Source: Octopus sinensis | Lineage: Eukaryota | Direction of reading: 5' to 3' | Assembly: GCF_006345805.1 (NCBI RefSeq) | Contig: NC_043012.1 | Span: forward strand, 3,410,001-3,474,000 | DNA: 64,000 nt | In this document: in pieces, positions 1-13,542 of the stretch | Layout of the letters: each line of letters begins with the position of its first letter | Position numbering within the stretch: position 1 is the stretch's first letter | The notes under the pieces: generated by a model | The model's input: only the letters and a program-made list of their open reading frames with translations | The model's database searches: none | Told to the model about the DNA's origin: nothing | Translations under genes and position numbers: made by a program

Positions 1-776
1 CTGAGAGAAAAGTTGGCCATAAGAAGCATCAAATGTGTTGTGCAAGAGAGATGACTGCACTGGAATGGTCATGTGTTATGTATGGATGAGGACAGCTGTG
101 TGAGGAAGTGCCACACCCTGACTGTGGAAGGAACCTATGGAAGAGGTAGACCCAGGAAGACATGGGATGAGGTGGTGAAGCATGACCTTCGAACATTGGG
201 CCTCACAGAGGCAATGCAGGAGACCAAAACCTTCGGAAATATGCTGTGATTGAGAAGACCCAGCAACCAAGGTGAGATTGCAGCCATGGCCGATGCCAGT
301 GTTGCATGTCCGGCCCATTTAAGAGCACCCTTGATGCACCAGGCAATATGATATGCTTCAGAAGACCTGTTGAATCATGTAAAACCAAAATCGTGGCTGT
401 GGCCAGTAACCCCTGACTAGCACCCGTGCTGGTGGCACGTAAAATGCACCATTCAAACGTGGCCAATGCCAGTACCCTCTGGCTGGCTCCCATGCCAGTG
501 GCACATAAAAAGCACCATCCAAATGTGACTGATGCTAGTACTTCCTGACTGGCTCCTGTACTGGTGGCACGTAAAAAGCACTATCCAAACATGATCAATG
601 CCAGGGCCACCCACTACACTCTCAGAGTGGTTGGCATTAGGAAGAGCACCCAGCTGTAGAAACATTGCCAGATCAGATTGAAGCCTGGTGCAGCTACTGG
701 CTCTCCAGACCTCAGTCAAACCGTCCATCCCATGCCAGTATGGAGAACGGACGTTAGACGATGATGATGATGATAA
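1..776 (+). mobile_element. RTE-type LINE 3' end: ORF2 C-terminus, repeat-bearing 3' UTR and (GAT)n tail
   Basis: Encodes WNGHVLCMDEDSCVRKCHTLTVEGTYGRGRPRKTWDEVVKHDLRTLGL. Followed by tandem ~60-bp GTGGCACGTAAAAGCACC units and a tail ending CGTTAGACGATGATGAT. Confidence 0.8.
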
Positions 777-2552
777 TCTTAAGCATTTGTACTTACTAAA
801 TTACATCCTTGTTTTAGTAATTGATTTACATCCTGGTTGAAAAATATATAGGGCACATTTATCCAACCCTTATGTGAAATGTTATCTGCATTTATCTCTG
901 TACTTAACAGTGAACTTGGTAAATGAGGTACTTCATGTAGTAATTTTTTTTTTTCAAGTCCTTTTCGTAGAATAACTTGCACACTCTCCTTTACAAGAGT
1001 GTATAAGTAGTGACAAGTGTAATGAAACAAAAGCATTCCAGATCTCAACTGAAGTTAGAATGGCACGTATGGGTCTTTTTTGTTTGTTTGCATATGTTTC
1101 TTCTTATTTCCTCCATGTGGATTTTTAGATATTGTTGGCATAGAAAATCCCACAAAATACAGGATGATCGTGGCTGGAATGCTTTTATTGATATGTCTGC
1201 TCAATCTGAGTGAATCTGGAGTAGTGGATCTCAACCAGGGTCCATATGTATCATAGATGTCTCACCGAGGAGGTTTTATGACACCAAAACATGTCTGGAG
1301 TTTTCCTTATTCTTACCAAGCCAAAGACCAGACAACCCCATCTAATTTTCTATCAAGTTTTTAATTTGAATTTCACTGAGTTCTCTCCTTTGCCTTTCAT
1401 GACAAGACTTATCATTATCATCATTGATTTGGCCTTTCATTATGGATGTAAATTCATTATCATCATTGATTATCATCGTTGTTTCCCATGCTTACATGGG
1501 TTGAATAGTTTACATGAGGCATATACAGCTGGATACATTTCCTGTTGCCAACCTCCACCGGTTTCCAAATAAGGTAATATTTCCTGACAGCCAGATATGT
1601 TCACACAGAATATTCAACAAGAATGACTGCTTGTATGTGAGTGACACTCACAACTATCACTTGGTATCAAGACAAGGAGGGACACACAAACACACACACG
1701 CACGCGCGCGCCTGACTTGTTTCAGTTTCTATCTACCAAATTTTCTCACAAGACTTTGGTTGACCTGATGCCATTGTAGAAGACACTGGGTTTTTTTTTT
1801 GTGCCAGTGTGAAGTGTTTCCATTCTCTAATGCGTGAGAGTATTGTGATAATGGTAATGATGATGTCATATGACTATGGATTTTTCCCACATCCATAATT
1901 AATAGGAGTTAGGTCATATCAATAGCAAGTGTTACCAACATCACCACCACAACCATCGCTAGCACCACTACAGCCACCACATGCATCGCTAACACCACCA
2001 CCATGATGGTTGTGGTCAAGCAAGCAGAGGAGGCTAATATTACTTTTTCTTTTGCCACAGATGACAATGGTTTTACTTTCAAGCAGGTTTACAAACTGGT
2101 TTGGTTACTTACTGAGTTGGTTGCAGCATCTGCTACCTCTCTCCAATAAACTGTGCCCTTTTCGATTGACAACAAATAAATGTCTTTGTGGTTGCCTGAA
2201 TGCTAGAAATAGCAACCAAATTTCTCGATTCACATCCTATCATCATTGTTGTCATCACCACTGCCACCACCGTCATCATTTAACATCTGTTCTCCATGTG
2301 GGCAATGATGGGTTTGACAGTTTATCAGGATGTGGTGATCTTGCAGAGCTGTATCATGCTCCAAGTTATCTTTGGCATGGTTTATACAGCAGGATGCCTT
2401 CCTAACACAAACCATTTTACAGTGTGTCATCGTCGTCGTGTATTGTACACCTGCAGTGCATTGTTGACACTACTATGAAAGTCTTCCCAATTAATCACAG
2501 GTTCTCCTGCTGTCTCATCATTCTTGTCCAACCAGCTCTTGACTTTGTCCAT

Positions 2553-2812
2553 TGTGGAGGCACATGGCTTTGTGGTTAGAGTGTTGGACTCATGATCGTA
2601 ACATTGTTGTTTCAATTCCTGGACTGGGCAACACATTATGTCCTTGAGCAAAACACTCCATTTCACATTGCTCCAGTCCACTCAGCTGGCAAAAGCGAGT
2701 AATCCTGCAAAGGATTGGCATCCTGTCCAGATGAGGGAATATATACACCGTGAAACCAGGAAGCTGGTCCTTTGTGAGTCAGCATGACTCACGAAGGTAA
2801 CTTTACCTTTTT
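2553..2812 (+). mobile_element. tRNA-headed SINE family E (other copies ~15180-15345 +, 20850-21050 -, 42350-42690 -, 49960-50137 -, 54770-55110 +)
   Basis: A-box-like TGGCTTTGTGG and B-box-like GTTTCAATTCC, then TCCTTGAGCAAAACACT..TTCACATTGCTCCAGTC. Recurs across the window. Confidence 0.7.
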
Positions 2813-2819
2813 TAACCCA

Positions 2820-2910
2820 TTACATTCTTTGCCTACCTCTTGGTCTACTACCTTCTATTCTTCCTTTCATGATAATGTGTTCCAGACCCCTGCTTCTTCT
2901 TACAGTGTGT
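2820..2910 (-). mobile_element. RTE LINE ORF2 C-terminal fragment
   Basis: Minus-strand HTVRRSRGLEHIIMKGRIEGSRPRGRQRM, the typical RTE GKIEG.R.RGR motif. Confidence 0.6.
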
Positions 2911-3984
2911 ATTGGGGGCTTTTTCCATGCTACCAGCACTAGTGAGCTTGCCAAGTAGCTTGCAAGAGAGGAAAGAACAAGAATGCGGGTGGAAAAAAGG
3001 GAAACAGTTTGGGGGGAAAAGAGAAAAGGCCCACTCACCTAAGTGGAGGGGTTTCTGAGAGGTTGGAGAGGTGGCTTTATGCCAGGGACAAGCAGGGGCA
3101 GAGGTACTGTGCAATAGAGAACATACATGGCTACCTTGCATTTATATAAGGGGGTATGGGAGTATCTGGGAGAATGATAAGATGGTGGTGATAGGGTGCC
3201 AGAGCTAAAACCTCAAGGAGCAAGAGATAAGGAGGGGGTGGGAGTTTATAAAAATGAGGGGAGAGTCACAGATGGTTTGAAGATAGGGTTATGAATGAAT
3301 GTAGTGAGTAATGAACAGGAATGAAGATTTGGCTTGATGGAAAATATGAGTTGGGGAAGGAGGTCAAGTGAGAGAAATTGGAGTGGCTCAGGCATGATAG
3401 TTCAGGGAGTAGAGGAGGAAGAGCTAGGCATAGGAGTGGAGGAGTAGCCATGTGTCTTCTCTGTTGCAAGATACCTCTGCTTGTTTGTCCCTGACATAAA
3501 GATGGAAATGCAGAAGTGGATAAGAGTGGCTGTAGTGAATGGACATGGTGGCAGACATGAGAGGGCATTGGGAATGGTAGCAGATATGAGGGGTTTTAAG
3601 ATGAAGAATGGCAAAGGAGAGAGATTATGAAGCAGGGGGTAGTTGGATGCCTATGAGAAAGGATGGAAGTAGGGGAAAAGGCAGTAACTGGTAGAATAAA
3701 GAGTTAGGGGATGTTATATGTGCCATGAAGCGATGGGAATGGGTAGGGAAATGAGATGTGGAGCATGCTGGACAGGTCATTATGGGTGTAAGGAGAGGGC
3801 CCAGCATGTACAAGCATAGACAAAATGCTTTTAGGACCTCAAAAGGAGGAACATATTGAAGAATGTAGTCTGAGATAAACTGTGTTTGCAAAGGCACTAA
3901 ACTGCCTGAGACCACTTTTGGTTTTATGACACAAACTTTCTGTCTCAAAGTGATCTAAAAACTACCTATTAAAATTTCATGTTA

Positions 3985-6330
3985 CTCTTTTATTTGTTTC
4001 AGTCACTTGACTGGCTATGCTGGAGCACCACCTTCAGTTGAACAAATTGACCCCAGGACTTATTCTTTGTAATCCTAGTACTTATTCTATCAGTCTCTTT
4101 TGCCAAACTTACGGAGGCGTAAACACACCAACATTGATTGTCAAGCAATGGTGGGGGACTAACATAGACACCAAATACATACATATATATACATATGTAT
4201 ATGATGGGCTTTTTACAGTTTCCACCTACCAAATCCACTCACAAGGCTTTGGTCAGCCCAAAGCTATAGTAGAAGACATTTGCACAAGGTGCCACGCAGT
4301 GGGACTGAACCCAGAACTATATAGTTGAGAAGCAAGCTTCTTACCACACAGCCACTCAAATATGAGTTTAATAATGATGAAGTTATTTTATAATATTCTC
4401 CAATATTTTGATTCCAAATTCCGCTGAGGTCAGCTTTGCCTTTCATCCTTTCAGGGTCGATAAATTAAGTACCAGTGAAACACTGGGATCAATGTGCTTA
4501 TAGCAGAAAAGATTGTATTCTCCAATAATTTTGGAATTAGTTGAAAGAAAAACAGTTTACTTCAGAAACCTATGGTAACAAGAGTTATTCAGCTGACCTG
4601 TGACTAAACACCAACAACATTTTGTTTGTGATCTTTTGTAGAACACAGGACTGGCTGTATGGTAATAAGTTTGATTCCCAACCACAGGATTCCAAGTTCA
4701 ATCCCACTGCATGACACTTTGGCCCAGTATCTTCTTCTGCAGCCTCAAGCCACCTAAAGCCTTGTGAATGGATGTGGTAAACAGAAGCTGAAAGAAGCCT
4801 GTCGTGTGTGTGTGAGTGTGTGTGTGTGTGTGTGCCTGTCCCCCACCACTGCTTAACAACCAGTGTCAAGCAGTGTTTATGCACCCCTAACTTAGCAGTT
4901 CAGCAAAAGAGACCGATAGAATAAGTACTGGGCTTTATAGAAAAGCAAAAATGGTACCGAGATCAATTCATTTGACTAAAATTGTTCAAGGTGGTGCCCC
5001 AGCATGGCCATAGTCAAATGACTGAAATAAGCAAAAGATGAAAGATAAAGGACTTCTCTTTTGGAAATTTACACGTTCTGAAACTGAATTTTTTTTTTTT
5101 CTTTTATGGTTTTGGTTGGGAGGAAGTGGGAAATTCCAATGATTTTTACAGCAACTTGTATAGAGACTGGTTATCATTGTCATCATCATCTTCATTTAAT
5201 GTCCATTTTCCATGCTCATATGAGTTGGACAGTTTGACAGGAGCTGGCAAGATTAGGGGCCACACCAAATTCCAAAGTGTATTTTGGTTTGGTTTCTACA
5301 ACTGGATGCCCTTCCTGATGCCAACCATTTTACCAAGTGTTCTGAGTGCTTTTTGTGTGACACCAGGACCAGTGCTTTCTATGTGGCACCTGGTTCTGTT
5401 AATATTCCATTTGAAGAACATATTGCTAAGTACTGTGTGGTAAGTAGCGTGCTTACCAACCACATGGTTCTGGGTTCAGTCCTACTGCGTGACACCTAGG
5501 GCAAGTGTCTTCTACTATAGCCTTGGGTCAACCAAAGCCTTGTGAGTGGATCTGGTAGATGGAAACTGAAAGAAGCCCATCGTATATATGTATGTATGTG
5601 TATATGTTTGTCCCCCAACATCGTTTGACAACCGATGCTGGTGTGTTTACGTCCCTGTAAATTAGTGGTTCAGCAAAGAGACCAATAGAATAAGTACTAG
5701 GCTTACAAAGATAAGTCCTGGAGTCGATTTGTTTGACTAAAGGCGGTGCTCCAGCCATGGCTGCAGTCAAATGACTGAAACAAGTAAAAGAGTATACTTC
5801 ATCTAGGGACCCCCAAATAGTGAAATTTACACCCTTAATGAACAGATAAGCTATTAATTAGTGTTAATGACTATTTGCTTCATTTTATGTCCATTTTTCT
5901 ATGCTAGAATAGGTTAGACAAATATATTCTTTTATATTTTATCTTTTACTTGTTTCATTCATTGGACTGTGGCCATGCTGGGATACTGCCTTGTATTGTA
6001 CTTGCTCTATTATTGGCCTCTTTTGTTGAACTGCTAAGTGACAGGGCCATAAACAAACCAACACCAGTTGTCAAGCAGTAATCTGTGGTGGGACAACACA
6101 CACGTACACACCATCATCATCATCATCATCATTTGATGTCCCTTTTTCCATTCTGAAATGGGTTGGACAATACACACAGAAGAGGCTTCCACACAATTTC
6201 CTTCTGCCAAAGTTACTTACAAGGCATTGCTCAGTCTGAGGCTATAGTAGAAGACGTTTGCTCAAGGTGCCGTGCAATAGGACTGAACCCAAAACTGCAT
6301 GGTTACAAAGCCAGCTTGTTAACCACACAA
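3985..6330. mobile_element. Cluster of SINE family A copies (3985-4356 -, 4652-5045 +, 5432-5793 +, 5940-6330 -)
   Basis: tRNA-like head GGCTGTGTGGTAAG..GGTTCAGTCCC, CORE-like CACCTTGGGCAAGTGTCTT, central TA/TG microsatellite, and tail CAGTCAAATGACTGAAACAAGTAAAAGA. More copies at ~9300-9680, 14612-15020, 28340-28835, 36812-37200, 37705-37866, 39326-39677, 45459-45925, 47915-48110, 50205-50560, 52822-53630 and 63470-63700. Confidence 0.85.
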
Positions 6331-9300
6331 ATTTCTCAATGATGCCTTCTACATAAAAGAAATACTTTCCAACAAGCCAACCAACTTGCTAGAAATAGCA
6401 GTGAAGTCTTCTTCAAATCGCACCCTACCATCTTAAATAATGACACACCATAGAGTGTAATTCTGTTGTACAAACACTCTGATGGTCATGGCTGGAACGT
6501 CTTTAATAAAAGGTCCACTTGGTCATGACTGACATGCATCTAATTGTGAGCCATGAGAGATGCTAAGTGGTCACTCAACCAGCTAGATATAGCAGTCAAA
6601 TTTCCTTCAGATCATACTCTACTGTCTTAAGTAAGGAAATGGTACATTAGATATTGTTGTCATAGGAATGCCTTAGACCAAATGACTGCTCAAGCAGGGC
6701 TGATCTAGAGCTGAACAACAATTATAACAACATGAATGAACCACGCCAAAATGCTTATAATTATTGCATTCAACATTTCTGTGGCATTTACAGCTCACAT
6801 GAATTATAGAAGAAAGCACCACACTTGGTCCACACAAAGAAACACCAACATTTGTTTTCTAATAACATGTCACCTTTATTATGGATTACGTCAGACTGTC
6901 TGCTGTGACATAATCATAACAAATCGCCACAAACTACGAAATATAAGTTACCTCATCACTTTGTGGCAACAGCTGCAACCAACTGTTGTTGTTTATGGAT
7001 ATTTTTTGACAAAAATGATTTTATATACCATCACCACTACTTCAGCCATTCTAATTTCTGGTATGGACGTGTGTTAGATATTTCACTGAGAAGGTTTAAT
7101 AAGATAAACAAAACATGTCTAAGGTTCTAGATTAGACAATCCTGTTTAATTTTAAATTAAATTTTCAATTTGAATATCACAGGATTCTCTCTTTTGCCTT
7201 TTTTGACAAAGACTTACCATTAACATAACCTTCCCATTAATCAAAATTTCTTTTTAGGTTCGCTACATTGTGTCAGCCTATATTTAATTACATGTTCTTT
7301 ACACGGAAGGCTTTCCCTGGCAGATTTTCGATTATTGATGATTTTATTTTAGTTTATTTTAGCAAACACATTACTCAGCAGAAAGATAACAGTCTGGCAA
7401 ACTCATGGTGGTTTACATCAGCAAAAATTACACAGTAAAGCTCAAGAATTTGAATCAGTTTGTATTCTGCATGGAGAAAAAGAATGTAAGACTTTGGGAT
7501 TATCTTTTATCTAAGAGAGACAGAGAGAATCAAAAGGTTTTGTTTGTCTTTCTTAGATAAAAGGACAGTTCTCAAAAAATGTCAGATCCTATTTTATTTG
7601 CTGTCATGGCATAATTACACATTCAGGAATTACTTTATTTGGTTTGACTAAACTAAGTCAGCTGACGGTATCTGACAAACGAAACCGAAAATATTTGTCA
7701 TTCTTCTACTTCCACTTCTTCCATCACTACCACTATCCCTTCACAATCACCACTACGACCACTTAACAACTACCTAATTATACAGTTTAGGATTCAGTTG
7801 TTAGACATGTAAGAAATCTATTCAACGTTTAAAAGAATTGAGGATTTGATGAAGGAAAAGTGGAAAAAAAAGTGGTGAATGTGGTTTATTTGTGAATTTT
7901 AACTAAAGTGAATCATTGATTCACAAAGTTTTTTTTGGGTTTTTGGGGGTTTTTTTTTACTTTGTAGTGGACCCTGCCAAATGAGGGGCTATTTCTCATG
8001 TGGCCCACTTCTCAAAAAAAGGTTGCCTATGCTCACTGCATGAGTTCTGTATTGGAAATATTATTACAAATCAATGTAGGATGGTGGATTGGTAGAATCA
8101 TTCAGGAGAAAATATCTTACAGTAATTTGTTCTAGCTCCTTAGATTCTGAGTTCAAATCCCAATGAGGTTATCTTTTCCTTTCATTTTTTTTTTGGATAG
8201 TGCTCCCTCTAAGTTGTTTGTTTGAAAGATGAGTCAATGGAGAGGGGTTCCAACTCGATGAAATTTCCAAATGGTGTAAGTGCACAAGTCTCTGATATCC
8301 AAGTGGCTAAAAGGGTCATCAGAAGTACACCCAAGAGTCAAGACCTGGATGTGGTTCAGCCCCCTTAGAATGTAAGACGTTAAGAGTCAAAACATTTTCC
8401 TGGGTGGGGGTTTTTCCCTGAAGACCTGCTGTTCAGCTTTCTTGAGAGTATGTGTTGTGTCAAAAAACTTCATGAAACAGATTGAGGTTCAAAGTTAGGT
8501 CACTGATTTTAACGTACATAGATAAATAACCAATTGTGGTATAATTGAATAAGATGATTCTCAAGATCAGCAGAATTAACAATAATGATAACTCATAATG
8601 CTGCTGCTGTTGTTGTTGTTGTTTAGTTACATGTCAGCCCTGATTGAGCAAAGCTATGATTGAAAGCATTCCACCTTTTGTTTTTGATTTTTAAGGCATA
8701 GGACTACATCAATCAATGAGCTCTTATTTTGGAAAGATAGTAGAGTATTATTTGAAGGAGACTTGGCTGGGATTTCCAGCAAAGCAAGTGGCCATGTAGA
8801 GGCTGGCTACTCTCCTTGTTGGAAAAGAAAATCATAACACAGACTGCATTCCAAGTCCAAATACTCACAACAAAATGAATACTGTTAAAGGAACCCATAG
8901 TCTAGGTAATAGCAATTTGGTGGTGGTTTAGGTTTGATGTACAAAACATACGTTGTCCTTGACACAGTATGAACAAGTTTTGCCCTCAATTCTCACCCCA
9001 TGTCAACAAAACGACTATAAAGATTTATAGGTTTTTGTGGTTTTGTAATTGTGAGGCTTATCAAAGAGAAACCATGACTCATGAACAGCTCAACTTATAG
9101 TTTTCCTCCCCACCAAATGAGCACTCTTACTGTCATTTCTAACCACATAAGACAACTTGTATGTGATCACTCAACATGCAAGAAATAGCAGCCAAATATC
9201 ACTTAAATCAAACTCATAAAAACATCTTGAACACTCTTGATAATAGATTTGCTTGATTGAGGTAGACCAGCTTTACTTTTTATCTTGCCAGGGGTTATAT

Positions 9301-10479
9301 ATTCTTTTGCTTGTTTCAGTCACCAGACTGCAGCCATGCTGGGGCACTGCCTTGAAGAATTTTATGCAAATGAATCAACCCCAGTACTTCTTATTTTTTA
9401 AGCCTGGGATTTATTTTTTATCATTCTCTTTTTCTGAACCACTAAGCATAAACACCAGTTGTCAAGCAGTAGTGGGAGACAAACACAGAGACACACACAT
9501 AAATACACGCACACACATACACACACAATGGGCTTCTTTCTGTTTCCATCTACCAAATCCACACACAAGGCTTTGGTCAGCCCAAGTCTATAGTAGAAGA
9601 CACTAGCGCAAGGTATCATGCAGTGGGACTGAAACCAGAACCATGTGGTTTGGAAGCAAGCTTCTTACCACACACTTCTGTGCCTAATTGGCTATTTCCT
9701 CCCTAACATTTAAGGTGCTGTGTCTATGTTAGAAATCAGTTACAGAAACAAGCATAGTTGTATGAAGTTCACAGTCATCGGAATTGGTGTACCATAGCTC
9801 ATAGAGGTGCCTGTTACCATAGCTTTGGGTCAAACCAAGATTTGCGAATGAAACTGAGTAGAAAGAACCTGTACAGAGGTCCATTGGATGAGACTGTTTC
9901 TTGCTTGGTAGACTCCACATGTTGTCCAGTTTAGCTCTACCTACTTTGCTCTGTTGCAGACATTTGCTATAGGCCTCCAGTCTGAGGAATATCAAGTTCT
10001 CCCCAACATTTCCCACTAATCTGTAAAACCCTGTAGAAAGGTTGTCTTCACTATTGTTCCTTTTCTGACTAATCCACAGAAAATTTGTTCTGCACATTTT
10101 TCTTTGTAGCTACAAGGAAGCTTAATGTATAACATTAATGATTGGTGTAGCATGATTTAATTCCAAATTTGATACATTTGTGTAACATCCTGAACAAAGG
10201 TAATTTGTCATAGCTTAGAGTCACCCTTGTCTTTGTGCATGAAATTGAGTAGACAGGATCTGCCTTTAAACATAACCTGCCAGGTGGATTCTATCACAGT
10301 CATACTCATTCAGCTTGAGTATCTTGTTACAAGTACATGTTTATGATGAATATTCAGTGGAATAGGGAGTTCAGTTGATTGAACAACTAAATGAAAACCA
10401 GCAGGATCCACTACATAAGGATATATACACAGCACACAAGGAAGATACAATAACTACATTGTTGTATAGACATCAAATT

Positions 10480-10935
10480 CAATGACTGGCATCCGTGCTA
10501 GTGGAGCGCTAAAAGCACCATCCGAGCGTGATCGTTGCCAGAGCAACTAACTGGCTTCCGTGTCGGTGGCACGTAAAAAGCACCATTCAAGCATGATCGT
10601 TACCAGCGTTGCCTTATACTGGCACATGAAAAAACATTCAAGCAAGGTCGTTGCCAGTGCAGCTGGACTGACTCCTGTGCAGGTGGCACGTAAAAAACAT
10701 CATTTGAGTGTGGGCGTTGCAGCTGGACTGGCCCTCATGCCGGTGGCATGTAAAAGCACCCACTACACTCTCAGAGTGGTTGGCATTAGGAAGGGCATCC
10801 AGCTGTAGAAACTCTGCCAGATCAAGATTGGAGCCTGGTGTAGCCATCTGGTTCGCCATTCCTCAGTCAAATCGTCCAACCCATGCTAGCATGGAAAGCG
10901 GATGTTAAACGATGATGATGATGATAATGATGATT
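10480..10935 (+). mobile_element. Repeat family B: 5'-truncated copy of the RTE 3' UTR
   Basis: Tandem GTGGCACGTAAAAAGCACC units, then GAGTGGTTGGCATTAGGAAGGGCATCCAGCTGTAGAAAC..CCATGCTAGCATGGAAAG and (GAT)n. Other copies at ~14260-14480 -, 15590-15875, 17330-17620, 20665-20828, 28020-28270, 44860-45190, 45200-45420 -, 54425-54690 and 63710-63930 -. Confidence 0.8.
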
Positions 10936-11667
10936 ATGAAACAATTGGATTTTTCTCTGGCTGGTCTTACTTGATAGTTTGTTTTGTATATGGAATTTTA
11001 TCTCCTTATTTTTTAGTGGATCTTAAATCACCAAACAAGATCTTTGTTTATGTGATAGTATTTGGGATAATAACATTGGTGGTGGTGGTGTTAGTGTCAC
11101 TGTTGTTATGGCTGTTTAGTTTCCAGTGAGCTCTGACCTAACAAACATATGACAAAAGGCATTCCCACTCCAGCTGTGAGCATGTCTTCTCTTATAGCTA
11201 TGACTGCATTCTGCAACGTAACATTCATTCTTGTTGAGACAGGCTTGGTTGCTATTTCTAACAGGTGAAGTGACCTATAAGATCTAGCCTCCTTCATTAT
11301 AATATAATGGAAGTTTGGTGTTGTTGTTAGTGTTGGTGTCAATATTGTTTTAGCTGCCAGAGCAGGCCTGATCAGGCAGATGTGATCAATTGTATTTACC
11401 GCTGAAACTCTAACCCTAACCCTATTCCAAATATGATCATTCCATCTAGGACTATTTGGTCAATATGTCCTTCTTTTTTAAGATGGCAGAGTAAGGTTTT
11501 GAAAAAGCTTTTGCTATCATTTCTAGTAGAAATGAGCTACCTCAGATAGGTCTCTTGTTTCGTTAGTGAGGTGGCTGCACAGCTGGCGACAAATGTGCTG
11601 GTAATCAACTTTTATCCTGAAGAACTATGATAAATGAGTCCTGTTCTGGCCATCCTGTCTATAACTA

Positions 11668-12923
11668 CGAGGGGCGTTCAATAAGTAATGCCCCTGACCC
11701 ACTTCCCATAGCAGTAGAGCAACGAAACTTGGCACAGTTATTAGTCTTTTTCTACATAGGAACCACCCAGAGTTACGCGTTTCTCGCACCGTTTGATGCA
11801 GCTCTGGAGACCGTTTTTGTAGAAGATCCTGGCTTGGTCCTCCAACCACGACATGACTTCAGAAATCAAGGCTGCATCATCTGGGAAGAGGTGAAAATCA
11901 GAGGGTGCAAGGTCAAGAGAGTAGGGGGATGGGGGAGGAGTTCATAGCCGCACGCCTGTGCTTCTGATCTGGCAACACGCGAGTTGTGGACCGGAGCGTT
12001 GTCCTGCAGGAGGAGGATGCCTTTGCTGATCTTGCCTCGCCTCTTGATTTTGATAGCTTCTCTTAATTTCCTCAAAAGTGAAGCATAATAGGCTCCTGTA
12101 ATTGTGGTACCCTTTGCCAGGAAATCTGTCATCACTACTCCGTCCTGGTCCCAGAAGACTGTGAGCATGACCTTGCCAGCGGAGGGTTGCACCCTTGCCT
12201 CATTTGGAGGAGGTGAGTCACGGTGCTTCCACTGCATTGACTGGGCTTTGGTCTCTGGATCATAGTGATGGACCCAGGTTTCATCCTGTGTAATCAGTCT
12301 TTTGAAAAATTTTGACTCATCTTCTTGGCACATCTCCAAATTCATCCTCGAGCACTCGACGCGTTCTTGCTTCTGGAAAGGCGTGAGCAGCCTGGGAATC
12401 CATCTGGCAGACACCTTTTGCATATGCAAATGGTCATGAATGATAGTTTCCACAGACCCGGTACTAATCTTGACCTCATGGGCTATTTGGCGAATAGTTA
12501 TGCGTCGATCTTCCAAAATGGCAGCCTCAACTTGACGGACAGATGCCTCATCAATGGCAGAAAGGGGACGACCAGTTCTGGGAGCTGTTTCCACAGAGTT
12601 CCAACCATGTTTGAATTCACGATGCCAGCATTTTACAAGATCATATGATGGGGCATCATCACCATAAGTTACTTTCATTTCATCAAAAGTCTCCCGTGGT
12701 GTGCGTCCTTTCAAATACAAAAACCGGATCACTGCTCGACACTCAACATGCTCCATTTCACACTTGACTCAGTTCAAACACCTGTAAATCAGAAACCACA
12801 ATTAGTTCAGAGCTGTAATTTTCCACTTAATCTATAGAGATATAAATAATTGCACATGCAAACTTTCAGCTAGATCAAACAACTGCAAGTGGGTCAGAGG
12901 CATTACTTATTGAACGCCCCTCG
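11668..12923 (-). mobile_element. Near full-length mariner transposon (DD34D, irritans-like TIR)
   Basis: 37-bp TIRs CGAGGGGCGTTCAATAAGTAATGCC(C/T)CTGACCCACTT with 1 mismatch. TA TSD at 11666-67 and 12924-25. Length 1256 bp. Confidence 0.97.
11741..12756 (-). pseudogene. Mariner transposase with a late frameshift and short deletion
   Basis: ORF 12756-11866 carries HTH, WIPRLL, DETW and QDNAPVH. After LPHPP a frameshift moves YSLDLAPSDFHLFP..GGSYVEKD* into another frame. D-D spacing is 34 once the frame is restored. Confidence 0.9.
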
Positions 12924-13315
12924 TATGTATCATTCCTTTTATAAACTAGCAAGAGGTGATTTCAGGAAGATTTTGCTATTATTTTTAGCATATTCAGGTG
13001 CCTGGCTTACTAACAGTTCTTCTAATCTACTGTCCTGGATTGGTACTTGTTTGGAGACTTCAAAAGGATGAAAAGCAAAGTTGACCTTGGTAGGATCTGA
13101 ACTCAGAGAGCAGAGAATCTGAACAAATATCAGAAGGCATTCTATCCAACATCCTAACACCCCTAGCAATTCTCCACTTTACCCCCTTATTAGCTTATAT
13201 GTATTAAAGATGTGAGGGAGAGAGTGGTATTAACAGTGTATTAAGGATGTGAGGTACAGAAAGGAGGCATTATTAGTGTATCCTAGTAAGAAGTGTCTGT
13301 TATATATATTAACCA

Positions 13316-13530
13316 AGGCGGCAAGCTGGCAGAATCATTAGTAGCTGGGCAAAATACTTAGTGGTATCTCACCCATCGTTACATTCTGAGTTCAGATGCA
13401 GCCAAGGTCAACTTTGCCTTTCATCCTTTCGGGGTCAATAAATTAAGTACCATTTGAGCACTGGGGTCAATGTAATCAACTAGCCCCCTCCCCCAAATTT
13501 CAGGCTTTGTGCCTATTGTAGAAAGGATTA
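13316..13530 (+). mobile_element. tRNA-headed SINE family C (Meta/MESC-like central domain)
   Basis: GGCGGCAAGCTGGCAGAA..TTCTGAGTTCA..GCCTTTCATCCTTTCGGGGTCAATAAATTAAGTACC. Copies at 26858-27073 (flanked by near-duplicated TGTAGGGCAT), 38960-39155 -, 43815-44110 and 51527-52430. Confidence 0.75.
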
Positions 13531-13542
13531 TATATATATTAA

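Noticed and set aside
7363-7515. Frame reading RKITVWQTHGGLHQQKLH after an AG, faintly like INTS14 VTVWIKPSGLQ
   Set aside because: Similarity is weak, the true segment is at 18760-18935, and the frame ends in a stop.
11411-11423. TAACCCTAACCCT telomere-like motif
   Set aside because: Only two units, expected by chance.
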